This document shows, in pieces, positions 28,826 to 40,901 of a stretch of DNA of 64,000 nucleotides. Origin of the DNA: Promethearchaeota archaeon (lineage in GTDB: Archaea; Asgardarchaeota; Lokiarchaeia; Sigyniarchaeales; SOKP01); assembly GCA_019058295.1 (NCBI GenBank), contig JAHPZI010000021.1, positions 128,001-192,000 on the forward strand, written 5' to 3'. How positions within the stretch are numbered: position 1 is the first letter of the stretch; every line of letters begins with the position of its first letter. The notes below the pieces were generated by a model. That model had not been told where the DNA came from. It saw nothing but the letters and a program-made list of their open reading frames with translations, and ran no database searches. The position numbers and the translations under genes were made by a program.

Positions 28826-30088
28826 ATGAAATATCTTGAAAAATTATTAAAAGATTTTCAAAATATACCTCAAAACATCATTCTCCACGCCGATATCCTA
28901 AGAAGGGGTATTAAACTGAACGATGATTTGAAAAGAGCGGGTAAAGAATCGTGTCAAACAGGAATCGCTACAAAACTTCAATATCATATCCTGAACCAAA
29001 AAGATTTGCCACCCAGCCAGTTCCATTTCACGTCAGATGAGACAACAGTGGATATAAAAATAGATAAAAACAGCCCCTATGAGATAAAAGAGCTTAGTAG
29101 TAAAGAATACCATCTTTGCGCCGGGGACAGGGATTTCGGCAGGGTTAGATTTACAAAGCGTCCTAAATACGCAGATAAAAACACATCGGATGGACAGGAA
29201 TGCCAGTTTCTCTTAATGCAGAGAGGTTCATTCTGCCTTCTTGTGAGCCCTCTTGACTTTTGCGCATATCTTAAAAAAGGTGATGCATGTCAATATTGTA
29301 TCCTATCCCCAGCAATGGATATTGCAATACAGCGAGAAATAATGAAACCGATACCTGATCATAAGATCATTGCTGAAGCTGTTGAGATTGCTTGTAAAGA
29401 GGATGTTAAGCTCAGGGACTTGAAACTCTCCGGCGGAGCACTTTATAACACCAAAAAGGAGGCAGAATACTATAAAAGTTGCCTTTCGGCGATTCTTGAG
29501 CGTATTGATCCACCTGAGGAGATTACAATCTTCTCACAGGCATTTGATAAGGAAGATCAGATGGATTTAAAAGAGATGGGGGCAACGAATGTAATCTTTA
29601 ATTTGGAGGTCTGGGATGAACAACTCTGGCCTAAGCTTCTTCCAGGTAAGGCAAAAGCAATTGGGCGTGAAGAATGGATTAACCGACTTAAAGATGCGGT
29701 GGAGATCTTCGGAAGGGGGCATGTAAGTTGTAGCTTTGTAGCGGGATTTGAGTGCGCTCCTAAGCAAGGTTTCTTAACACAAGAAGATTCATTTAATGCA
29801 TATTTAACTGCATTTGAATTTCTTCTTAAGAGGGATATAGTGCCATCGTTTACCATTTGGACGCCTTACCCTTTAGTTGGTGGATTTAAAGAAAAGGATC
29901 CCCCCGACACTGAATGGTATCTCCGGTTAGGAGTAAAACACCATGAAATGTTGGAAAAGTATGATATGTACAAATCTTTGGGATTCCCTCATTATGGAGT
30001 AGATCCCCCAACACTTGGTCTATACTGTTATTATTGCTTTAGTATGCAGTTTCTACGTGATTTTCCAAGGTTAATTGATCGTGATTAA
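28826..30088 (+). CDS. Radical SAM protein with a CX8CX2C motif
   Basis: CAYLKKGDACQYC, LSGG, FNLEVWD, PGK, AVEIFGRG. Confidence 0.8.
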   Translation: MKYLEKLLKDFQNIPQNIILHADILRRGIKLNDDLKRAGKESCQTGIATKLQYHILNQKDLPPSQFHFTSDETTVDIKIDKNSPYEIKELSSKEYHLCAGDRDFGRVRFTKRPKYADKNTSDGQECQFLLMQRGSFCLLVSPLDFCAYLKKGDACQYCILSPAMDIAIQREIMKPIPDHKIIAEAVEIACKEDVKLRDLKLSGGALYNTKKEAEYYKSCLSAILERIDPPEEITIFSQAFDKEDQMDLKEMGATNVIFNLEVWDEQLWPKLLPGKAKAIGREEWINRLKDAVEIFGRGHVSCSFVAGFECAPKQGFLTQEDSFNAYLTAFEFLLKRDIVPSFTIWTPYPLVGGFKEKDPPDTEWYLRLGVKHHEMLEKYDMYKSLGFPHYGVDPPTLGLYCYYCFSMQFLRDFPRLIDRD

Positions 30089-30203
30089 AAATGATTTTTG
30101 AAAAAAGAAGGTAAATTAAAATTTACCATCTAAAACTATATCTAAAGTTATAAATTATCATAAATTTATAGAGAAAATATTAAATCTTAAAAAGTAATAT
30201 ATA

Positions 30204-30662
30204 ATGTCTTCGAAAAATGAGAAAGCACTACAATTAAGAAATGAGACCATAGCCGCAAATGTGGGTAGATTGTTTCAAATGTTAGTTGATATATATGGTG
30301 TATCAGAGCTTCATAATTTAGAAAAGATTGTTAAAAAGCGAGAAGGACAAGTAGTAAATCTTGATTTTAAACCATTAAATACCACTGTTTCCTTTGTCTT
30401 ATCTAAATCTCGCCTTTCTCCACATTTAGGAAAATCTGATAAAGCCGCTGCGACTGTGATTTTAAATATGAAAAAAGAAGACTTAATCCCTTCATTTATA
30501 GATTTTATCAAAACCAAGGATAATTTTTTCGGTTTTCTAAAAAATATTTTTAAATATTATATTCCAGGAAAAATTAAAGTAAAAGGTTCCTTAGGTGCTG
30601 GAATTACTTTATGGAAATTACTTTTCATCGGAAAGCATTCAATGTATAAGAAAAAAACGTAG
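30204..30662 (+). CDS. SCP2 (sterol carrier protein 2)-like lipid-binding protein
   Basis: AAATVILN...GKIKVKGSLG motif typical of the SCP2 C-terminus. Confidence 0.55.
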   Translation: MSSKNEKALQLRNETIAANVGRLFQMLVDIYGVSELHNLEKIVKKREGQVVNLDFKPLNTTVSFVLSKSRLSPHLGKSDKAAATVILNMKKEDLIPSFIDFIKTKDNFFGFLKNIFKYYIPGKIKVKGSLGAGITLWKLLFIGKHSMYKKKT

Positions 30663-30670
30663 CAAACGAG

Positions 30671-31819
30671 ATGGTATTAATGAGTTTTGAAAGTTTCATA
30701 AAAGTAAATAAAACTATTTCTAATTCTTATGTAGAGGAATGGAAAAAGCAAGGAAAAAAAATTGTAGGATATTACTGTTCTTATATTCCAGAGGAGATTT
30801 TAGTTTCAGGAGGAATTTTACCATTTAGAATGAGATCGGTCGAAGCGGAAGGAACTTCTCGAGCAGATACTATTTTAAGTCGTTTTAATTGCTCGTTTGT
30901 TCGAGCATCCCTAGATTTAGCGATGCAAGGTAAATATAACTTTCTTGATGGATTAGTGGTTATGAATTCTTGCGACCACGCTCGAAGGATGTATGATATT
31001 TGGAAATATAAAATAATTGGAAAGTTGGAGGGAATTGAGGAGAATTTTGGATTATTTTTTATTTCTTTACCACATATTATTACAGAAAGAGGATATAATT
31101 GGTTATTAGAGGAATTCACATTTTTTAAAGAAAATTTAGAAAAAACCTATAATATAACGATTTCCGAAGAAAATCTAAAAACTGCAATTAAAACTTTGAA
31201 TGAAAACAGAAAACTTCTAAAGGAAATTCATAAATTTCGAATTCTAGATAAACCAAAACTTAATGGAGTTGAAGCTCTTAAATTAAATATCGCAACTACC
31301 GCTACTCCAAAAGAAATTTCAAACCAAGTATTAAGTTCTTATTTGCAGTCTCTAAAGGATCGAGAAGGCATATCAGATTATAGAGCAAGATTATTGATTA
31401 CAGGAAGTCTAATTGATGATCCTACTTTTTTAAAAATTATTGAAGATGTTGGCGGTCTTGTGGTCTCAGATTTATTATGCTTTGGTGTTAGAAATTTTTG
31501 GGACTTAACTCCTGAAACAGGAGATCCTTTAGAATCAATTACCAAACGTTATTATGAGAAAATCTCTTGTCCAAGAATGATGGATGATCATGACAGGCGA
31601 TTTAAATTCCTACAAGAGTTAATAAAAGAAGCGAAAGTAGATGGAGTAATCGGAACAAGAATCGAGTTTTGCGATTTAAATGGATGTGAATGCATGCTAT
31701 ATGAACATGAATTGGAAGATTTAAACATTCCCATGTTAAGTTTAGATAGAGATTATTTTGTTGGTGATAAAGGAAGATTTAAAACTCGATTCGAAGCTTT
31801 TATCGAACAAATTGAATAA
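30671..31819 (+). CDS. 2-hydroxyacyl-CoA dehydratase / benzoyl-CoA reductase family subunit (HgdB/BzdN-like)
   Basis: WKKQGKKIVGYYCSYIPEEI, CSFVR, NSCD, VDGVI..FCD, TRFEAFIE. Confidence 0.88.
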   Translation: MVLMSFESFIKVNKTISNSYVEEWKKQGKKIVGYYCSYIPEEILVSGGILPFRMRSVEAEGTSRADTILSRFNCSFVRASLDLAMQGKYNFLDGLVVMNSCDHARRMYDIWKYKIIGKLEGIEENFGLFFISLPHIITERGYNWLLEEFTFFKENLEKTYNITISEENLKTAIKTLNENRKLLKEIHKFRILDKPKLNGVEALKLNIATTATPKEISNQVLSSYLQSLKDREGISDYRARLLITGSLIDDPTFLKIIEDVGGLVVSDLLCFGVRNFWDLTPETGDPLESITKRYYEKISCPRMMDDHDRRFKFLQELIKEAKVDGVIGTRIEFCDLNGCECMLYEHELEDLNIPMLSLDRDYFVGDKGRFKTRFEAFIEQIE

Positions 31820-31836
31820 AAAAAAAGGTTAATTAT

Positions 31837-33144
31837 ATGAGTAGCCATAAAATTATTCCGTATGAAATATTATATGAAGCAATATGTACCACAAAGGACC
31901 TTGTTGAAGGTGGCCCCGCTAAAGATGAACTTTTAGTGTTAAAATCATTTTTGAAACACATGAAAACCGTTATTAAAAGATATCTAGATAATGCAGATTC
32001 AGGGTTACCTGTAATAGGACATCATTTTGCATGGCCAACAGAAATATTTTATTGCTTCGATTTTGTCCCCGTTGTATTTGAAGGAATTCCATACATACTG
32101 AGTGCATTATTACCCGAAGGTTCTGAAAGGTTCTATGATATCGCAGATAGCTTTGGTCATCCTTATCATTCTTGTACCTCTCAAAAAGGAACTTTGGGCA
32201 TGGTCTTGGACGGTTTATTTGAATTTGATGTAATATCAACGCCAACGAGTCCATGTGATAATACTTTTGCAACTTATCCTGTTATAAAACAATTATATGA
32301 TAAAATCAAAAAGCAAAAAACACCATTTATAATTGCTGATATGCCATATTATCGTGATGATCGCTCTTATAATTACTACGGAAAAGAATTAAATAGAGTA
32401 GTTTCAGAAATAGGTCAAATTATCGGTCAAGAACCTGATTATGAGAAGTTAAGAAAAGCTATTGATGTAAATAATAAAGCAATTGAAATTATTGCAGAAA
32501 TAAACGAATTTAAAAAACTTACACCATGTCCAATTGAATCCATGTTTTGTCCTTTAATGACTGCAGTTTTGGCATTCATCCCAGGCCAACCTGAAAGAAT
32601 AGGTTTTTTTAAAGATGTATTAGAAATCGCAAAAAAGCGAGCTAATAAAGGTGAGAGAGCACATGAAGGAGAAGAAAAAATACGAACCGTCTGGCCATAT
32701 ATGTCTATCTTTTTTGACATTGGATTCTGTGAATGGTTGGATCGGGAAATTGGAGCGACAATACTATTAGATATATTCAATTATTTATTTTTTGATGTTA
32801 TTGATACCTCAAAAAGCGAAGAACATATTTTTAAAGGATTAGCAAAACAATCGATGAATTATCCTATGGTAAGACAATCCGCAACTTTTTGTGATGACCT
32901 TATCACAGATTTTATCTATTTATCAAAAGAATATAAAGCAGATTGTGCAATCTTCACAGCTCACTTAGGTTGTAAACAAAGCGTTAGCGTTATCCAATTA
33001 TTAAGAGAGGCATTCCGAGATGAGATTGGAATCCCAATGCTTTCAATTGATCTTGATATAGGAGATGCCCGATTTACTTCTATAGCAACTGTAAAAAGAG
33101 AAATAGAAAATTTTACTAAAATTCATGATTTTTCGAAAAAATAA
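31837..33144 (+). CDS. 2-hydroxyacyl-CoA dehydratase / benzoyl-CoA reductase family subunit (HgdA/BzdO-like)
   Basis: SCTSQKG, PCD, HLGCK, GIPMLSIDLDIGDARF. Confidence 0.85.
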   Translation: MSSHKIIPYEILYEAICTTKDLVEGGPAKDELLVLKSFLKHMKTVIKRYLDNADSGLPVIGHHFAWPTEIFYCFDFVPVVFEGIPYILSALLPEGSERFYDIADSFGHPYHSCTSQKGTLGMVLDGLFEFDVISTPTSPCDNTFATYPVIKQLYDKIKKQKTPFIIADMPYYRDDRSYNYYGKELNRVVSEIGQIIGQEPDYEKLRKAIDVNNKAIEIIAEINEFKKLTPCPIESMFCPLMTAVLAFIPGQPERIGFFKDVLEIAKKRANKGERAHEGEEKIRTVWPYMSIFFDIGFCEWLDREIGATILLDIFNYLFFDVIDTSKSEEHIFKGLAKQSMNYPMVRQSATFCDDLITDFIYLSKEYKADCAIFTAHLGCKQSVSVIQLLREAFRDEIGIPMLSIDLDIGDARFTSIATVKREIENFTKIHDFSKK

Positions 33145-33221
33145 TGTTCAATCTTTAATCTTTTATTATTAATTAATCACATAATCGTTTATAGAATCAT
33201 TAGCATCAGTGGGATTTCGAT

Positions 33222-34022
33222 TTGAAGGATTATAATTTTTATATTGGGGTGGATGCGGGAGCATCTTTTTGTAAAGCAATTGCTTTAAATTCGAAGAATA
33301 ACGAAATTAAAGCAAATTCAATCACTTTTGTCCTTGGAAATCCTGAAAAAGCAGCAAATAAGTGTTTAGATGAAATAGGAAAGAAATTAAATGTGAAATT
33401 AAAAATTTTAAAAAAAAATGTAATTACTACAGGACAAAATGGGGATAAGATTAGAATTGGACAAAATAAATCCGAAATAATATGCATTGGGAGAGGAGCC
33501 TATGCACTCGATCCTAATATAAGAATTATGGTGGATGTTGGGAGCTTTAGCATGAAAGTATTAAAAATAGATGAATCTGGAATAATCAAAGATTATCTTA
33601 TGAACAATAAATGCGCTGCAGGATCAGGAGTCCTATTAGAACTCGTTGCTGAAGGCTTAGAAATGAGAATTGACGAATTAAATAATAAAGCATTTCAAGC
33701 AAAAAAGCCAATTCAGATTTCAAGCCAATGTAGCATTTTTGCTGAATCTGAGGTAATTTCTTATAAGAATGAAGGAGCAAATATTCCTGATTTAGTTGCA
33801 GGGGTGTGTAATTCTGTAGCAGGTAGAATTTATCCCTTAATTCGGATGATTGATAAAGAAACAAATAAAGTAGCTTTTAGTGGAGGGGTCGCTAAAAACA
33901 AATATATAGCTGAAAATCTTGAGGAACGATTAGGATTTAAATTGGTCAAATTATCACTTGAACCAGAATATATAGCTGCATATGGAGCTGCAATTATAGC
34001 AAAAGAGGGAGGGGGAACATAA
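33222..34022 (+). CDS. CoA-substrate-specific enzyme activase, variant subunit (HgdC/BzdP-like)
   Basis: GVDAG, NNKCAAGSG, CSIFAESEVI, SGGVAKN; ATP-site motifs divergent (TGQNG, DVGSFS). Confidence 0.85.
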   Translation: MKDYNFYIGVDAGASFCKAIALNSKNNEIKANSITFVLGNPEKAANKCLDEIGKKLNVKLKILKKNVITTGQNGDKIRIGQNKSEIICIGRGAYALDPNIRIMVDVGSFSMKVLKIDESGIIKDYLMNNKCAAGSGVLLELVAEGLEMRIDELNNKAFQAKKPIQISSQCSIFAESEVISYKNEGANIPDLVAGVCNSVAGRIYPLIRMIDKETNKVAFSGGVAKNKYIAENLEERLGFKLVKLSLEPEYIAAYGAAIIAKEGGGT

Positions 34023-34023
34023 A

Positions 34024-34806
34024 ATAGTATTTGCGGGAATTGATATAGGGTCTCTCACAGGTAAAGCATTATTGTTAGAAGATAGTGAGATCCGTGGATT
34101 TAAAATAATTAGGGTAAAAAAAACTCCCGTTGAAACTGCTGAAAGTGTTTTTGAAATGGTTTTATCCGAGACGGGGATAAATAGGGATAATGTAAAATTT
34201 GTGGTTAGTACAGGTTACGGGAGAGATAATATTCCCTTTTCTAATAAAAGTATGACAGAAATCACATGCCATGGGTTAGGTGCCCATTTTCTAATACCAA
34301 GCATTCGGACGATAATTGATATAGGGGGTCAGGATTGTAAAGTAATCGCCGTAGATCGAACGGGTAAATTAGTTGAATTTGCAATGAATGAGAAATGCTC
34401 CGCAGGCACGGGAAGATATCTCGAAATAATGGCCAATTTACTCCATATTTCACTCGATGATCTTGGGACTTTATCATTGAAGAGTAAAACTCCTGTTCAA
34501 TTGAAAAGTACTTGTAGTATTTATGCTCAAGCCGAGGTATTGCAATGTATCAATTCTGGATTTAAGAAGTCTAATATAGCTGCGGGAATTAATAAAGCTA
34601 TGGCTGAGCGCGTTTATTCCATGTCAAAAAAAGTTAAGATGAGACCAGATGTGGTTATTTCTGGAGGTGTAGCTAAAAATGCTGGTGTTGTCGGTTATCT
34701 GGAAGAAATGATAGGAATCGAATTCTTAAAATTACCAATTGATCCTCAAATTATTGGTGCTCTTGGAGCTGCTGTAATTGCTCAAGAGAGGTATAAAAGA
34801 AAGTGA
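34024..34806 (+). CDS. CoA-substrate-specific enzyme activase (HgdC/BzdQ-like)
   Basis: GIDIGS (upstream of track start), TGYGR, EITCH, DIGGQD, NEKCSAGTG. Needs an ATA start at 34024. Confidence 0.9.
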   Translation: MVFAGIDIGSLTGKALLLEDSEIRGFKIIRVKKTPVETAESVFEMVLSETGINRDNVKFVVSTGYGRDNIPFSNKSMTEITCHGLGAHFLIPSIRTIIDIGGQDCKVIAVDRTGKLVEFAMNEKCSAGTGRYLEIMANLLHISLDDLGTLSLKSKTPVQLKSTCSIYAQAEVLQCINSGFKKSNIAAGINKAMAERVYSMSKKVKMRPDVVISGGVAKNAGVVGYLEEMIGIEFLKLPIDPQIIGALGAAVIAQERYKRK

Positions 34807-34952
34807 AAAATAACTTATAGAAATTACATGGTTAATTTTTTTTTTCTTATAAAATAAAGACATAATATTTTTTAAAAAACTGTAACTAAATAGCAATAGT
34901 TAATATTTAGGAATCTTAGTGTTAGTCTGATTTAGATTCTTTATAAATATAA

Positions 34953-37223
<2,271 letters not shown>

Positions 37224-37410
37224 TGGTTTAATAGGCTCCCTGGTATCAGCAGCATCCCCAGACTTGGTAATATTGATATAAATAAAACTACAGGCGTATA
37301 GAAAAAAAAGTAGATAATTCCATTTTAAAATTACATTTTTTTTTATTAACTAGGAAGAAAATATAAATTGTAAGCAATTCAATTTATTAGGAACACTAAA
37401 GTAGTGAAAT

Positions 37411-37905
37411 ATTATATATCAATCCGAGAAAAACTCTGATCTCCCAGAAGAAGGATCTAGTAACTCTGAACTAGAAAATAATGAGCCTGAAAATTTAAAT
37501 AAGGAGGATGAGAAAGAGCGCAATAAATATGTCAGAGGATTATATTTTACTGGGGGTATCATTTGTTTAAGTTTAGGAATTATAGGAATACTTTTACCTA
37601 TTTTACCTACTACCCCTTTTCTTTTACTTGCCGCAGGATGCTTTTCTAGAAGTTCTAAAAGATTTTATAATTGGTTATTAAACAACAGGATTCTTGGCTC
37701 ATATATTAGAAACTTTAGAGAAGGAAAAGGAATGCCTATAAAAGTTAAAATTTTTACAATTTCTATGTTATGGATAACAATTCTTTTAACATCGTTCATT
37801 TTTATTCAAATTATATGGATTAGATATGTACTAATCATCATTGCTATTGCTGTGACAATTCATATTATTTTAATTCGCCCAAAAAAAAAAAAGAGTAAAA
37901 GTTAG
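37411..37905 (+). CDS. YbaN/DUF454-family membrane protein; not in ORF track
   Basis: LGIIGILLPILPTTPFLLLAAGCFSRSSKRFYNWLL..LGSYI. In-frame stops at 37402/37405 and no ATG/GTG/TTG before the domain; ATT at 37411 or ATA at 37414. Confidence 0.8.
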   Translation: MIYQSEKNSDLPEEGSSNSELENNEPENLNKEDEKERNKYVRGLYFTGGIICLSLGIIGILLPILPTTPFLLLAAGCFSRSSKRFYNWLLNNRILGSYIRNFREGKGMPIKVKIFTISMLWITILLTSFIFIQIIWIRYVLIIIAIAVTIHIILIRPKKKKSKS

Positions 37906-38092
37906 ATTAAAATCTTAATTAAAAGTAAAAATTCTTAAAAAAAGAAATTCTTATTTTACTCTTTTTTCTTATAAAGTTTATTTTTAAGAAATAATTTATC
38001 GTAATACTAGTGTTTAAAAATTTGTAGCCTATTTATATCATCGGAGTGAATTTGTAATAAAATTGATTTATATTTAAAAATGGATATTTTTT

Positions 38093-38713
38093 ATGGATAA
38101 TAGAAAAAATAGCGAAGGTGATATTTTAAATCAAGCCTTCGAATTAATGGGAAAAGGTACTGATTTAGCAAAAGTAAAAGAATACGATGAGGCATTAAGA
38201 TTATATAATGAAGCTGTAGAATTACTAAGAGAAATTAATTGGGTTGACCAAATTCAAACAATCCAAAAAACAATTGATCAGTTGGAAATAGAAAGAATAC
38301 ATCATAATCAAGCTTTAGAAAAACAAAAAGCTCGTGATGAAAAACAACGCAAATTAAAAGCTGAAGAGGCAATCTTAGAAGAGAAACAAGCTAAAGAAGA
38401 AAAAGAAAGAATAGAAAGTGAAAGAGCAAGGAAAATAGAGAAGTCTGAAAAAGAGAAGGATTTTAAACAGCAAATTGTTGATATGGAGGAATATACTGAT
38501 AAAATGATAAGAGAATACGAATCTCAGATTAAGAAAGGAAATTTTAACTCAGATCCTCCATACGAAAAAGTAATTAGAATATATTTGAATATGAGAAGTT
38601 TGTTAACAGAAAAAGGTTGGAAGGCCCAAATTGATAACGTTAATGAACAAATTAAATTTTTCATAGAGAAAATAGAAAAAGATAAAAAATTACGAGAAAT
38701 TTATTCGGCATAA
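38093..38713 (+). CDS. Helical (TPR/MIT-like) coiled-coil protein
   Basis: YDEALRLYNEAVELL; two W..Q repeats (NWVDQI, GWKAQI) flanking an E/K-rich coil. Confidence 0.6.
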   Translation: MDNRKNSEGDILNQAFELMGKGTDLAKVKEYDEALRLYNEAVELLREINWVDQIQTIQKTIDQLEIERIHHNQALEKQKARDEKQRKLKAEEAILEEKQAKEEKERIESERARKIEKSEKEKDFKQQIVDMEEYTDKMIREYESQIKKGNFNSDPPYEKVIRIYLNMRSLLTEKGWKAQIDNVNEQIKFFIEKIEKDKKLREIYSA

Positions 38714-38736
38714 AATAAATAATTGGTAATTAATCT

Positions 38737-40065
38737 TCACTCATCTTCAATTTCATCTTTACCTTTCAGCATTTTTTGTATGGAATCTTGCCATTTATCA
38801 CCTAATTTTTTTATACCATCCCCTAATTTTTTTCCCATTGCTTGAATCCCTAACTCAAAAGGAGATGGGCCATTTTCTGGTCTTTTAAATAAACTTCCAA
38901 TATATTTAATCACTTGCGTAAGTGTGAATTTGTCAATCATAAATTCTTTGAACCTTTTAGACATTTTAAACACAAGACAAGCAATTAGAGTTATCATAAA
39001 AGAAGTAATTAAGAAAATTCTATGATATAAATCACTTATCTTCAAGTTAGGGGTAATTTTAGTTAAAATAGGCAGATCTGTGATGAAAAATGAATCTAAA
39101 TAAACCATATGATATCCAACGGCAATGCCAAGAATAATCAAAACCACTCCTTTTTCTCCAAATGCTTTTTTAATTCTATCTGTAAAATAAAGTCTAGATT
39201 GAAACCTAACCTCTAGTCGCTCAGGCGATTCAGGCGATTCTGAGATTCTCATTGTTAAAATTTGAACAATATATAATACTCCTATTAAGAGCATAAAAAT
39301 TTCAAAAACTAATGAAACAACAGATTCGCTCGTAAGGGTAATACTCATATATAAATGATAAGTCATAAACATGTTAAAAAATCCAATTGCAGTTGCAAAA
39401 TTTACAATTCCTGGATTTGATTCAACTCTTTTGGGTGCCCTCCAAATCAGTATAAGTACAATCAATGCATTTATTATCCCAAAAATTCCAAAAATCACAC
39501 TAAGCAAATCCATTTGAAAAATGATATAAATGTAAAATACTATGGAGATGTAAATGATTATTTTTACTATAAATCCGAAAAAAATATGAGTTTTTGGCAT
39601 TCCAAGCGTCATAACCTTTTTAGGAAATGAAGTAAAAAAATATAATATTAAAAAGAACATACTAATTGATAAAATTAGTATCCAACACATAAGATATATC
39701 AGTTTTGCAAATTGGAAAAATAGGTGGTTATAATCCCATTTGAAATAGAAAAAAGCGAAAATAAAGAGAGTAATGACTATAAATGAAAATATATAATATA
39801 ACCATAATTTTTTAATCCTTCCAATTAAAATTCCAGATGATACAATACCAAAAGAAAGAAATAATTCTAAAATCAGCATAAAGCGAATAAATTCCAGAGA
39901 AATTAAAAATTTAAAGTGATAAAGTAGCGCAAGAATTGTATTAGCTGTCATAATGATTAAAATTATTAGAGCAAATGGCAGATATTGCTTTTGTGTTAAC
40001 TTCTTAATTCCCCCAAATATCCGGTTTTTTAAAAACCAATATAGAGTTCTCTCTAAATATGACAT
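38737..40065 (-). CDS. Multi-pass membrane protein of unknown function
   Basis: About 10 hydrophobic segments, 442 aa. Confidence 0.7.
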   Translation of the reverse strand: MSYLERTLYWFLKNRIFGGIKKLTQKQYLPFALIILIIMTANTILALLYHFKFLISLEFIRFMLILELFLSFGIVSSGILIGRIKKLWLYYIFSFIVITLFIFAFFYFKWDYNHLFFQFAKLIYLMCWILILSISMFFLILYFFTSFPKKVMTLGMPKTHIFFGFIVKIIIYISIVFYIYIIFQMDLLSVIFGIFGIINALIVLILIWRAPKRVESNPGIVNFATAIGFFNMFMTYHLYMSITLTSESVVSLVFEIFMLLIGVLYIVQILTMRISESPESPERLEVRFQSRLYFTDRIKKAFGEKGVVLIILGIAVGYHMVYLDSFFITDLPILTKITPNLKISDLYHRIFLITSFMITLIACLVFKMSKRFKEFMIDKFTLTQVIKYIGSLFKRPENGPSPFELGIQAMGKKLGDGIKKLGDKWQDSIQKMLKGKDEIEDE

Positions 40066-40160
40066 AATTGAATTAAGGAAAAATTAGTTTAAAATTATTA
40101 GATATCAATAATTTACGACTTTTTAACTTTGTTTTTAAAAATATAAATAGTGATTTATTT

Positions 40161-40700
40161 ATGTTGAAAGATTCGTATGCAAATTCAGATATAAGTGAAA
40201 TTGATATTTCACATGAAGTTAAGATTGTAAATGTTATATGTCCTCTTTGTAAATCCAAAAAAGAAATTACTGTTCCAGTAACAATTATCAACCAAACAGG
40301 TCTAACAACAGTATCTATACCTAAAGATTTAGTTTGCAGCCATCATTTTCAAGTTTTCATTGATAAGCAATTTAAGGTTCGGGGTTATCAAAAAGTAGAC
40401 CTTGATTTGGCTCTTAATAAAAATAAGGAGTCTAATATTGATAATTTCAATAAAAAAGATGACGAGCTTTTCGAAAATCTAATTCTAGAAGGCAATTACC
40501 TTGAATATAATCCAAAGAAGGTAAAAAAGATACATATAAATAGTGAACCTGAAAAAATTGTATCCAATGAGGAAAAGGTAATGACTCTTAAAGAAATATA
40601 CGAAGAATTTTGGGAATTCATAGATGATGATAATCCTGAATTTAAAGAGTATATCATAAAAGATAAAAAGAGAAGACAAGGAGTAAAAAGAAGGAATTAA
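40161..40700 (+). CDS. Zn-binding domain protein, paralogue of 5601-6254
   Basis: CPLC...VCSHHFQVFIDKQFKVRGYQKVD. Confidence 0.7.
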   Translation: MLKDSYANSDISEIDISHEVKIVNVICPLCKSKKEITVPVTIINQTGLTTVSIPKDLVCSHHFQVFIDKQFKVRGYQKVDLDLALNKNKESNIDNFNKKDDELFENLILEGNYLEYNPKKVKKIHINSEPEKIVSNEEKVMTLKEIYEEFWEFIDDDNPEFKEYIIKDKKRRQGVKRRN

Positions 40701-40901
40701 AAAAAATTACTATTGATTGGAAATAACCTGGCTATAGCCATCCCAAAAACATCTAATCATATCAAAATAAATCTCTAAATTTCCATTCTATACATTCAAG
40801 ATATATCTGAATTTTATTTTAAAAAATTAATATGAAAAGTTGTATTATAATACAAAATAAGAGTTTACAATGCGGAATATTTACTTTTTATAGCATTATT
40901 T

